DNA of 64,000 bases from an uncultured bacterium (GCA_964473525.1 CAYYPK010000034.1:2408-66407), one strand, 5' to 3'; shown: positions 15,836-25,063, counted from the first letter of the stretch. Notes: generated from the letters alone by a model not told the origin. A program made the numbers and translations.

Positions 15836-18613
15836 ATGGGATACGGAAGCCGCGACGATACGTCCCATCTGGACACAGCAAACGGCTGTGGTCCTGCGGT
15901 TACGTATGCCTGCGACCCGGCCAACGACTTCCGCCTGACGTTCGTCACACAGAACGTCGAACGGCTCACGGGGTTCAGCGCCGAGAGTTTCCTGGACCCG
16001 AAGACCTGCCACGCAGAGCGCATTCATCCAGACGACCGAGAAACCGTGTCTGCCGCAATGGATGAGGCGTGTCACCGCGGCGCCAGCATCGTGGAGTACC
16101 GCTTCCTCCGCCCAAACGGCCATTACATATGGCTGCGGGACGAAGTCCAGGCCGCATGTGCCGATGACGGTAGCCCCTTAGAGCTCATTGGGTCGGCGAC
16201 GAGCTTGGGAGCGGGGCCGGCTCCCGCGACCGGACACGCCGCCGCGAACGCGCGGTCTCTGCTGTGTGGGCCTGATGCCTCGAGCGTCGGCGAGGCATCC
16301 CGTCTGGAGCAGATGGAGGCCGCCGTCGATAGTATCCCTGTCGCCATCGCGTGCATCGACAGCAGCCAGCGGTTTCGGTTCTGCAACCGCGCGTTCGAGA
16401 AGTGGTTCGCGGCGGATCGCGAAGAGATAGCTGGGCTCTCAGTCCTCGAGGTCGCCGGGGAGGACATATACCGTCGCGTGGCCGCCTACTTGGAGCAAGC
16501 GCAGTCCGGGGAGCAGGTAGGCTTCGACATCAGGACGCCCTCCGCGCAGGGCGGGGAGTATGAGCTCTCGGTGGCGTGCCTGCCACACACGACTACGGAT
16601 GGCGCTGTCGACGGGTTCTTTGCGCTCGTGAGCGATGTCAGCACGGAAAGCGTGCTGACAAGCAGGGCCCAACACCGTGAGGCGCGGCTCCAGGCGGTCT
16701 TGGATGCGACCGTCGACGGTATCGTCACCATGTCCGCGGCGGGAATCATCGAGTCGTGCAATCCGTCCGTGGAGCGCATACTCGGCTACCGCTCCCACGA
16801 GCTCCGGGGCCAGCCGATAGAGATGCTCATGCCGGAGCCCTACCGGTCCAAGCACGCTGGGTACCTCGGCAACTACCTGGCGGGCGGGGAGGCCAGCATC
16901 ATCGGCGTGGGCCGCGAAGTGGCCGGGCTGCGCAAGGATGGAACGACGTGTCCTCTCTATCTCGCCGTCGCGGAGACAGAGGTCGATGGCGAACGCCTGT
17001 TCACAGGCATCCTGCGGGACATCACCGCGCAAAAGCGGCTGCAGGACGAACTTACCGAACTGAATGCTCACCTCGAAGCGCGGGTTAAGGCGCGCGCGGA
17101 GGAATTGGTCCGTGAAGCCGAGGAACACGCGCAGACGCGAGCGCTCCTGGAGCGCGTCACATCGTCCGCGCGGTGCTTGCTGTGGCACGGCGAAGTGCGC
17201 GAGGACGACGGCGAGCTAACGTGGGACATCCGACCGGTGAGTAGCGGGGCCGCCCAGAGGCTCCTTCCGCTCGATGGGCGACGGGGAGAAGCGTGGCATC
17301 AGACCGCGTACCGCGCGCGGCTACCGGAAGACTCGGTACGGGCGGACGCGGTGTCACGGCATGCGCTCCTGAATGGGCTGTCGGAATACAGCCAGGATCT
17401 TCGCTCCGTGGACCGGAACGGAGCGCTGAAGTGGCTGCACGAGGATGTCTACATCGAGCAAGTCGCACAGGGCCGATGGCAAGTGACCGGCGTCACCACG
17501 GACGTGACGGAGCGGACCTTGGCGGCGATAGAGGCGCGGGAGAGCGAGGAGCGCCTCGCGCTCGCACAGCGCGCGGCGAATTTCGGGAGCTGGGACTGGA
17601 ACATCGTCACGAATGGGCTGCACTGGTCCGACCAGATCGAGCCGATGTTCGGATTCGAGCCTGGTGGGTTCGGCCGGACCTACGAGGCGTTCTTGGACCT
17701 CGTGCATCCCGAGGATCGCCAAGCCGTGATCGACGCTGTTGACGCCGCCGTCTACCAGGGCGAACCGTACGCCATCGAGCATCGCATTGTGTGGCCGGAT
17801 GGTTCGGTTCGTTGGGTCGCCGAAAGCGGTGAGGTGCACCACAACTCGCAGGGCGAGCCGGTGCGCATGATCGGCGCCGTGCGTGACGTGACGTCTCGGC
17901 GCGAGGCGGAGAGCGAGATTAGAGACGCCAACGCCCGCCTGGAGGACGCCCTCCGGCAGGTGTTCACGATACAGGAAGAGGAACGCGCGCGAATCTCCCG
18001 AGAGCTGCACGACCAGGTGGGGCAGGAGCTCACATCCGTGCTGCTCGGACTGCGCGTCATCGAGGCAGCGGATGCGCTAGACGACGTCCGCGAGCAGGCG
18101 GGCGAGCTACGCACCGTGACATCGAACACGCTCGAAGACGTTCGGCAGATAGCCTTCGACATGCGCCCGAGCTCGCTGGACGATCTCGGCATCGTCGCGG
18201 CGCTTGGGAGGGATTTGGAACTGCTGGCTCAGTCCGCAGCCTTTGAGACGACGTTGCACGCCCACAACCCTGAGGACGTCTCTCTCCCCGCCGAAACCGA
18301 GGTCGGCCTGTATCGCATGATCCACGGCGCCCTGACGAACATCGTGCGCCACGCCCGCGCGGGGAACGTCGGAGTCGTACTCCGCATCCACGGAGCAGAC
18401 GACGCTCGCGTAGCATCCGCGCTCATCCAGGACGACGGCGTCGGTTTCGACGTTGAGAAGGTGCTAGGCGGTCCTGTCGAAGGGCGGTTCGGCCTGCTAT
18501 CCCTCCAGGAGCGCGCGAAGCTGATGGGAGGACAGGCGACGTTCGAGTCCGTTGAGGGCGAGGGATCGACGGTTCTTCTCGACGTGCCAATCCCCCCAGC
18601 GTCGCCGGAGTAG
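15836..18613 (+). CDS. Cytoplasmic multi-PAS sensor histidine kinase (HisKA_3 + HATPase_c) with FixL-like haem-PAS
   Basis: 925 aa with no TM. PAS with 'LMPEPYRSKHAGYL...GLRKDGTTCPLYLAV...FTGILRDITAQK'. H-box 'RISRELHDQVGQELTSV' is HisKA_3 (NarL-class). The ATPase G-boxes are at the C-terminus. Confidence 0.8.
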   Translation: MGYGSRDDTSHLDTANGCGPAVTYACDPANDFRLTFVTQNVERLTGFSAESFLDPKTCHAERIHPDDRETVSAAMDEACHRGASIVEYRFLRPNGHYIWLRDEVQAACADDGSPLELIGSATSLGAGPAPATGHAAANARSLLCGPDASSVGEASRLEQMEAAVDSIPVAIACIDSSQRFRFCNRAFEKWFAADREEIAGLSVLEVAGEDIYRRVAAYLEQAQSGEQVGFDIRTPSAQGGEYELSVACLPHTTTDGAVDGFFALVSDVSTESVLTSRAQHREARLQAVLDATVDGIVTMSAAGIIESCNPSVERILGYRSHELRGQPIEMLMPEPYRSKHAGYLGNYLAGGEASIIGVGREVAGLRKDGTTCPLYLAVAETEVDGERLFTGILRDITAQKRLQDELTELNAHLEARVKARAEELVREAEEHAQTRALLERVTSSARCLLWHGEVREDDGELTWDIRPVSSGAAQRLLPLDGRRGEAWHQTAYRARLPEDSVRADAVSRHALLNGLSEYSQDLRSVDRNGALKWLHEDVYIEQVAQGRWQVTGVTTDVTERTLAAIEARESEERLALAQRAANFGSWDWNIVTNGLHWSDQIEPMFGFEPGGFGRTYEAFLDLVHPEDRQAVIDAVDAAVYQGEPYAIEHRIVWPDGSVRWVAESGEVHHNSQGEPVRMIGAVRDVTSRREAESEIRDANARLEDALRQVFTIQEEERARISRELHDQVGQELTSVLLGLRVIEAADALDDVREQAGELRTVTSNTLEDVRQIAFDMRPSSLDDLGIVAALGRDLELLAQSAAFETTLHAHNPEDVSLPAETEVGLYRMIHGALTNIVRHARAGNVGVVLRIHGADDARVASALIQDDGVGFDVEKVLGGPVEGRFGLLSLQERAKLMGGQATFESVEGEGSTVLLDVPIPPASPE

Positions 18614-18702
18614 TTGCCGCGTGTAGGCGAGAACGCAGGCGTCTACGCTCAGCAGACGGAACAGCATGCCTAAGGGTGACGCGCCGTGTTGTTCCCTCAC
18701 GC

Positions 18703-19704
18703 TCAGCGAGCGGGAGCGCCGAGACGTTTCAGCCAACCCCACGTGGTCGTGCGCCGACCGATCGGAGAGACGCTACGCGGGACATCCGGGTCGAACCAAC
18801 TCGCGCCGTTTACACTGGCGATTCGTTCGTCCGTAACCTTCTGCACGATGCGACCATCCAGGTCCATGATGAACAGCCCTTGGGAGTCGTCGCGTGTCGA
18901 CTCAAACACGATCTGCGTGCCGTCGGGTGACCAACAGGGGTTGCCATCCCACGCGAGGTGCTTGGTGATGCGTCGCTCGTCGGACCCGTCGGTGTTGATT
19001 GTGTAGATGTCGGGCATGGCGCCCTCCACGTCAGACTTCATGAACGCGATGGCGTTCTCCCGGGGATGCCACGCCGCCGATCCACCCCCAACGTGGTCGG
19101 GTAACTGACCCGTATGCCGCCCTCGTCCATCCATGAAATGGATGGCATGGCCACCCGTCCTGCTTGAGGAATAGGCGATGGCGTTCCCTACCGGCCTCCA
19201 GCTAGGCCGGAAGGCGTACGTATCCAGGTCGGTCAGCCGTGTGTCTGGGCCTCCCTGAACGTCGGTCACATACACGCCGTGCGCATTCGGCCATCGGGTC
19301 GACGAGAAGGCCACCGCGTTCCCGCGAGGCGACCAGGTGGGGAAACCGTCATAGTTTCCGTTGTCTTCACCGTCAGAAATCAGCCGCTGGGCGCCAGCGT
19401 CGGCGTCCATCACGTAGATGCGCTGCCCAACCCAATTGCGGTTCGATGAGAAGGCTATCTGACGGCCGTCCGGTGACCATGCGGGATCCGACGACCATCC
19501 GCTCTGTCCCCCGTCCTGGAAGGTCAACTGCTCGAGCTCCCCGCCGTCGAGGGTCGTGACGTAGATGTTCGACGTGCCGCCGGCCCCTGCCCCTGCAAAC
19601 ACGATGCGCGCCCCATCCAGCGCCCACGCCCACGGCGTCGAACACGCGAATCCGAGCAACCCAATCAGCGCGAGACGGTTCGCGCGCGCCGCTACAGGCT
19701 TCAT
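18703..19704 (-). CDS. Secreted PD40/TolB-like beta-propeller protein, TTWG-type tail
   Basis: Signal peptide MKPVAARANRLALIGLLGFACS. Repeated 'P.WSPDG..IAF.S.R.G...IY' PD40 blades. Ends ..GRRTTTWGWLKRLGAPAR. Confidence 0.8.
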   Translation of the reverse strand: MKPVAARANRLALIGLLGFACSTPWAWALDGARIVFAGAGAGGTSNIYVTTLDGGELEQLTFQDGGQSGWSSDPAWSPDGRQIAFSSNRNWVGQRIYVMDADAGAQRLISDGEDNGNYDGFPTWSPRGNAVAFSSTRWPNAHGVYVTDVQGGPDTRLTDLDTYAFRPSWRPVGNAIAYSSSRTGGHAIHFMDGRGRHTGQLPDHVGGGSAAWHPRENAIAFMKSDVEGAMPDIYTINTDGSDERRITKHLAWDGNPCWSPDGTQIVFESTRDDSQGLFIMDLDGRIVQKVTDERIASVNGASWFDPDVPRSVSPIGRRTTTWGWLKRLGAPAR

Positions 19705-19774
19705 CGAGTCTGCTCTCCTTCCCGGCGCCGCGCCATGTCACGCGCCTGCGCTGCCTGCGCGGCGAGGCATTCTC

Positions 19775-19792
19775 ACTGTAGTGTCTCACAGT
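19775..19792. promoter_or_regulatory. Palindrome ACTGT-N8-ACAGT in a divergent promoter region
   Basis: Perfect 5+5 inverted repeat with an 8-nt spacer. It lies in the relatively AT-rich spacer between 18703..19704(-) and 19953..20735(+). Confidence 0.3.
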
Positions 19793-19952
19793 AACGGCAT
19801 GAGAGCCACCGTGGTTGCTCAGTGAACACGACGATGGACAGCGGCAGGGATTTCTGGCAAGCTGCGTTGGCGCCCTGTAGGAGCGCACAGGACGACCGAC
19901 GCCGCTTGGGTAGCGATCGTCGACGGTCAGCATCCGCTCGGAGGCAAGCGTC

Positions 19953-20735
19953 ATGCGTATCGGCAACTGCGGTCTTTACTGGCTCTGCGTCGTGTTCTTG
20001 GTGAGCATGGGTCAAGCTTCCCACGCCCTGCCGAAGGACGGGCTGTTCATGCACTACACGTTTGAACCGGCCACCGTGAGCGGCGGTGTTGCTGAAGATG
20101 TCTCGGGAACGGGCGCCGACGGCACATTGCAGAACGGCGCGAAGGCCCAAGGCGGCGTCCTGGTGCTGGACGGCGCGGACAGCTACATCAATACTGATCC
20201 GCTCGAAATACGCACTGGCGGGGTCATCCCCTTCACCGCGATGGCTCAGTTTCGCACGGACAGGGTCGACAACGGCCCGCTCTGGATGTGGGGAGACAAC
20301 GCGGTCCCGAGCGCGTCGGGGGCAGCCGAGGGGCCCGTGGGCTGGCGAAGCACCACCTCCAACTTCGCGGCAGGATTCTACCAGGGCGGGCACTTCTATG
20401 CCGACGCCGAGGTGGATTACGCTGATGGGGAATGGCACTCCGTGGCCCAGGTGGGAGACCTGGACCTGGGTTACCTCTACATCGACGGGGAGCAGATCAG
20501 CTCGACGACCGCAGGTTACGTGTACGGGGCAGCGCCATACTTCCTGCTTGGCGCCCGGACCAAGAACTCCGGGAGTGAAATCGACGATATCGAGTACTTC
20601 GAGGGTGAGATCGACAACGTCCTGCTATACGATCGCGCGCTGACCGCGGACGAAGTCCTGGCGGTCACTGAGCAGGCGCAGGCGGTCTCGTCCCACGGCA
20701 AACTCGCCACCCTGTGGGGCGAGCTAAGGCGGTAG
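19953..20735 (+). CDS. Secreted LamG-domain protein, TTWG-type tail
   Basis: Signal peptide. 'LFMHYTFE..DVSGTGADGTL.NGA' and 'FEGEIDNVLLYDRALTADEV' are Laminin_G_3 hallmarks. Ends ..GKLATLWGELRR. Confidence 0.8.
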   Translation: MRIGNCGLYWLCVVFLVSMGQASHALPKDGLFMHYTFEPATVSGGVAEDVSGTGADGTLQNGAKAQGGVLVLDGADSYINTDPLEIRTGGVIPFTAMAQFRTDRVDNGPLWMWGDNAVPSASGAAEGPVGWRSTTSNFAAGFYQGGHFYADAEVDYADGEWHSVAQVGDLDLGYLYIDGEQISSTTAGYVYGAAPYFLLGARTKNSGSEIDDIEYFEGEIDNVLLYDRALTADEVLAVTEQAQAVSSHGKLATLWGELRR

Positions 20736-20808
20736 ACCAGGCGTCGAGATTTCGGTCGTTGCACGCGCCTTGCGGTAGTGGGTGTCCGCGGGCCGGTTTC
20801 CCACGCGC

Positions 20809-21786
20809 TCAACGTACTGGAGCGCCGAGGCTCTTCAACCAACCCCACGTGGTCGCGTGCCGACCCACGGGCGACACGCTGCGCGGGTGGTCCGGGTCGT
20901 ACCAACTCGATCCTCGGAACTGCGTGAACCGCTCGTCGGTCACTCTCTGGACGAAGCGGCCGTCCAGGTCCATGGTGAAGAGCCCAGCGACGCCATCACG
21001 TCGCGAGGCGAACAGAATCCGTGTGCCGTCTGGCGACCAGCGCGGCTCCCAGCCACCCATGGGATGCATCGTCAGGCGGCGTTCGCCAGATCCATCGACG
21101 TGCATCGTATGGATGTGCCAATCCGATGCAAACACGACCGCCGTCCCGTGGGGATGCCAACTGGGCATCGTGTCCGACGCTGGACGGTCAGTCAACTGAG
21201 CCAGGTGAATCCCATCGCCGTCCATGATGTGTATATCCGTGGGTTCGCGACCATCTCCGTCCGACGCATAGGCGATCGCATCTCCTGTCGGACTCCAGCT
21301 GGGCCAGAAGCAGTGCGTATCTGGGTCGGTCAGGCGGGTATCTCCGCCACCATTGAGGCTGGTCGCATATACCCCCTTGAACCGCCCGCCGCCGTCAGAC
21401 TGGAAGGCGACTCCGTCGTTTCGAGGTGACCAAGTGGGGCGCCAGTCGGACGAGCTGTCGTCTGAGATGCGTCGAAGGTTGTCTCCGGCCGCGCCCATCA
21501 GGTAGATGTGGGTCGGACGCCCTGCGAGACCGTACGCGAGAGCGATGGTTCTGCCGTCGTTCGACCACGCCGGGTAGGCGGCTCGGCCCCCGTGGCCCGC
21601 CAACTCCTCGTACCAAGCCCCGTCAGGATTCGTCTTGTAGACACGCCACTCGCGGTCAGCCGCCAGGCCTCCGAAAAGTATGCGCGCCCCATCAAGAGGC
21701 CATGCCGGGAGAGCCGAGATCGCAGTCAGGGTCAGGACCACCATCGCGAGTCCGTTTGCGAGCGCGCGCCATACCATCGACTTCAT
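20809..21786 (-). CDS. Secreted PD40/TolB-like beta-propeller protein, TTWG-type tail
   Basis: Start moved to the ATG at 21786 (GGAGAGGA SD), giving the signal peptide MKSMVWRALANGLAMVVLTLTAISA. PD40 blades. Ends ..GRHATTWGWLKSLGAPVR. Confidence 0.8.
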   Translation of the reverse strand: MKSMVWRALANGLAMVVLTLTAISALPAWPLDGARILFGGLAADREWRVYKTNPDGAWYEELAGHGGRAAYPAWSNDGRTIALAYGLAGRPTHIYLMGAAGDNLRRISDDSSSDWRPTWSPRNDGVAFQSDGGGRFKGVYATSLNGGGDTRLTDPDTHCFWPSWSPTGDAIAYASDGDGREPTDIHIMDGDGIHLAQLTDRPASDTMPSWHPHGTAVVFASDWHIHTMHVDGSGERRLTMHPMGGWEPRWSPDGTRILFASRRDGVAGLFTMDLDGRFVQRVTDERFTQFRGSSWYDPDHPRSVSPVGRHATTWGWLKSLGAPVR

Positions 21787-21863
21787 TGCGGCCGGGATCC
21801 TCTCCGACCGGGCGCCGGTCCAAGGCAGTGCCGGCTGTGGGTGTAGGAAGGCTGCGCCCGCTT

Positions 21864-22859
21864 TCAGCGGGCAGGCGCGGCGAGACGCTTCATCCAACCC
21901 CACGTGGTCGCGTGCCGACCGGCGGGCGACACACTACGCGGGTGGTCCGGGTCGTACCAACTCGAGCCTTCTATGCCTATGAAGCGGTCGTCTGTCACGC
22001 GACGAACGATGCGGCCGTTCAGGTCCATGATGAACAGCGCGTCGTCGCCGTCGCGATCCGACGTGAACAGGATCTGAGTGCCGTCGGGCGACCAATCCGG
22101 GTCGTGGTCGTACGCGGGATGCACGGTAAGACGCCGCTCCTTGGTACCGTCAGTGCTGATCGTGTGGATGTCGTAGTTCTCGCCGTCACCCTCAGCGACA
22201 TACGCAAGAGTGTCTTCGCGAGGATGCCACGTCGGCTGAAAGTCGATGCGCGGGCGATCGGTCACCTGGGCCAGGTGAAGGCCGTAGGCGTCCATGAGGT
22301 GTATGTCGAGTCCTTCCCCGTACCACCCCGCGTAAGCGATGACGTCTCCCGCCGGACGCCAGCTAGGACCCGACGCGCCCGCCAGCCCAGTCAGCCGGAA
22401 GTCTCCACGGCCGTTAAGAGGTCCATGATGGTAGTTCACGTAGACGCCCTGGCGGTCGGACCCTTGCCGCGCTGACCTGAAGGCAATCGCTTCGTCGTAA
22501 GGCGCCCAGGTGGGTCCGTAATCGCCCGGCCCTTCCGACAGATGTCTCAGACTCCCGCCGTCGGCGTCGATCCGATAGATGCGGGTACGATCGACTCCGT
22601 CGCTGTAGTTGAAGGCGATTCGGCGCCCGTCGTGTGACCACGCGGGGTTGCCTGCGACAGAGGGCGCCGAAATCAGCTGCTCAATCTCTGAGCCTCCGGG
22701 GTCTGTCACGTACAGCCCACGCTGGAGGTCCGGTGTAACACCACCGAACGCGATACGGGGCCCACCCAGGGCCCATGCTCCCAGAGTGGAACACGCGAAC
22801 AGGATCAGGGCCATGATCGTGATTCCGAACGCGCGCACGTCCGACTGCGCCAGCTTCAT
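21864..22859 (-). CDS. Secreted PD40/TolB-like beta-propeller protein, TTWG-type tail
   Basis: GGAGAGGGA SD. Signal peptide. PD40 blades. Ends ..GRHATTWGWMKRLAAPAR. Confidence 0.8.
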   Translation of the reverse strand: MKLAQSDVRAFGITIMALILFACSTLGAWALGGPRIAFGGVTPDLQRGLYVTDPGGSEIEQLISAPSVAGNPAWSHDGRRIAFNYSDGVDRTRIYRIDADGGSLRHLSEGPGDYGPTWAPYDEAIAFRSARQGSDRQGVYVNYHHGPLNGRGDFRLTGLAGASGPSWRPAGDVIAYAGWYGEGLDIHLMDAYGLHLAQVTDRPRIDFQPTWHPREDTLAYVAEGDGENYDIHTISTDGTKERRLTVHPAYDHDPDWSPDGTQILFTSDRDGDDALFIMDLNGRIVRRVTDDRFIGIEGSSWYDPDHPRSVSPAGRHATTWGWMKRLAAPAR

Positions 22860-22903
22860 TGGTTTCCCTCTCCTCTCTTTGCGTTTCCTTGCTCTGCCGT
22901 CAC

Positions 22904-23632
22904 TCAGTCGGTAGAGCGACTCTGGCTAAGCGCGGCGCCGACGATGTGAATGAGGAACGCGAACAGCGCCAGTCCGCAGACAGATGTCGCAGCAGCAATC
23001 ACGCGCCCAAGTATCGTGAGCGGCGACATGCCGCTGTCGAGCGGTGTGAGAGCCCCGACGCCCCACCACATCGTCGCGACGATGTCGCGGAAGGCTGTGT
23101 CGTGAACGCCACCCTCGGCATAGTAGACGAGGACACTCCCGACCATCAGGACGGTAAACATCGCGAGCAGATAGACGCGAAGGGCCTTCCCCAAGGACCC
23201 CAGTCCTTCGGTCCTGATCTTGGCCCAGTCATCCGCGACGACCTTCGCCAGTTTGAGGACGCGGACAACGTAGAACACCCGAAGATCAAGGGGCCCGCTG
23301 AAGTAGGAAGAGGTCACCACCGACAGAAGGTCGATGATTCCCCAGGCGCCGAAGATGTACTTGCGTCGCGGGCTCGCGACGTACACCTTGCCGGCGTATT
23401 CGAGCAAGAACACGCCTACTACGAAGGCTTCGGAGATGCGGAAGAATCCCCAGTAGCGCGTGTGAATTCCCTCTATGGAATCAAGGGTCATGGCCCCAGT
23501 GGCGTAGAGCACTGTCAAGACGACCGCGCGACGCACTGCCCGGTACAGTCTGCCGTGTTCATTGCTGAAGGCGTCGTGCAGGATTCGGTTGATTCCCACG
23601 CGGCCCGGGACGCCCGCTCTACCGACTGCCAT
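22904..23632 (-). CDS. Ion_trans-family (voltage-gated-like) cation channel with non-canonical pore sequence
   Basis: AAGGAGG SD. S4-like 'LRVFYVVRVLKLAK'. Pore region 'ATMWWGVGALTPLDSGMSP' replaces the K+ signature TVGYGD. Confidence 0.6.
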   Translation of the reverse strand: MAVGRAGVPGRVGINRILHDAFSNEHGRLYRAVRRAVVLTVLYATGAMTLDSIEGIHTRYWGFFRISEAFVVGVFLLEYAGKVYVASPRRKYIFGAWGIIDLLSVVTSSYFSGPLDLRVFYVVRVLKLAKVVADDWAKIRTEGLGSLGKALRVYLLAMFTVLMVGSVLVYYAEGGVHDTAFRDIVATMWWGVGALTPLDSGMSPLTILGRVIAAATSVCGLALFAFLIHIVGAALSQSRSTD

Positions 23633-23788
23633 GAGCTAACCCGCCTCCTTGCTCTCAGACATCTGCCGCCCGCGACGAAGTTCGCGCCATACACTACCGT
23701 AGTATGTCGGGCGCGTAGGCGCAAGAATGCACGTGGCGGAGGGTCGCGGCTCCTGGCGCCTGGACGAGCCGCGGATCGCAATAGGCGT

Positions 23789-24958
23789 CTAACGCCTCAT
23801 CCCGCGGAGCGAACTGCCGCCCGCGCTGACGACGCCGACCAGGAGCAACGCCGCTCCGACGACGCCGAACGTCATCGACAGCCCAACCCAGCCGGCGATA
23901 GGCTGGCTTGCGAACGGCGAGGCGAACTGTCCGAGGAACAGGCACGTCGTGAGCCCGCCGAACGCGCGGCCTCTGACTGCTTCGGGGGCCACGGACGACA
24001 GCCACACGTTCAGGTTCGGCATGAGCAGACCGAAGCCGGCTTCGCTCACTGCCAGAGCGCATAGCACCTGCCAGTAGGAGTTGGACAGCGCGAGCCCCAC
24101 ATACCCACCGCCCATGATGGCGAGGGACGCGGCAGTGAGCGTCTGGAACGAGGCATGGCGTCGCGCGCGGCTGTACAGCAGTCCCATAAGCGCCGCAGCC
24201 AGAGCCCCCGTGGCCAGCGCGACGCCTGCTCCAAGCGGCCCGACACCCATGTGAGCGTCCAGGAGAAACGGCAACTGAACGGGCAGCACGTAGAAGGCGC
24301 CCTGTAGCAGGGCCGCCGCAGCGTAGATCGGCGCGAGCGCCCGACGAGGCACGGCCGCGTCTTGGCGCATGGCATCGCGCCGCGCGCGGCTCGGTTCCTT
24401 GAGAATCAAGGCGGCCACCGGGAGGACCGGCGCCGCCGCTAAGTACACGGCGAACGGAGCTCGCCAGTGCAACTCCGCCAAGAAGCCACCGACGACCACG
24501 AACGTCATACCCCCGAACGCCATCACGGCGCCGTACAGCCCCATGAACGAGGCGCGGGCGGATTCCTCAACGATGTCAACGCTGAGGGCGAGGACAGCCG
24601 TCGTGAGTCCGCCGACGGCAATGCCTAAGCACGCCCTTCCGACGAGCAGAACCGGCAGGGATGGCGCCACGCAGCCCGACCCACCGGCCACGACATATAG
24701 CAGCACGGACGCAGCGAGCAGTGGCTTACGTCCGTAGCGATCCGCGACGGCGCCGGCGACGGGCGCCCAGAGCACGACGAACAGGGCTGGAAGCGTCAGG
24801 ACCAGCGGCGTCCACATGTCCACGCCCGGCACGTCGGCGAATTGCGCGCGTATCGCGGGCAACGCGGGGGCGATCGTCGCGCCCGACATCACGGTCAATG
24901 AGCCTGCGGCTAGGAGGACAACGCGAGTGATTGGACGGTCGTTGGAGCGTATCGGCAT
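23789..24958 (-). CDS. MFS transporter
   Basis: 389 aa with ~12 TM. 'VADRYGRKPLL' is MFS motif A. Confidence 0.75.
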   Translation of the reverse strand: MPIRSNDRPITRVVLLAAGSLTVMSGATIAPALPAIRAQFADVPGVDMWTPLVLTLPALFVVLWAPVAGAVADRYGRKPLLAASVLLYVVAGGSGCVAPSLPVLLVGRACLGIAVGGLTTAVLALSVDIVEESARASFMGLYGAVMAFGGMTFVVVGGFLAELHWRAPFAVYLAAAPVLPVAALILKEPSRARRDAMRQDAAVPRRALAPIYAAAALLQGAFYVLPVQLPFLLDAHMGVGPLGAGVALATGALAAALMGLLYSRARRHASFQTLTAASLAIMGGGYVGLALSNSYWQVLCALAVSEAGFGLLMPNLNVWLSSVAPEAVRGRAFGGLTTCLFLGQFASPFASQPIAGWVGLSMTFGVVGAALLLVGVVSAGGSSLRGMRR

Positions 24959-25063
24959 GGGGCCATGGTAGCTGGCGACAGGGCCACGCCGGAGCGCTGG
25001 CTTCGCCGTGAAGTGTCGTGGCGCCAGTCGCGTGGGCGAGACCGGCCGTCGTCCGCCGGTTGG

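Noticed and set aside
19775-19792. Calling the CTGT-N8-ACAG palindrome a LexA/SOS box
   Set aside because: The core matches the gammaproteobacterial LexA consensus. However, the flanking genes are not SOS-type, the lineage is unknown, and a 4+4 core is expected about once per 64 kb by chance. It is reported only as a generic operator candidate.
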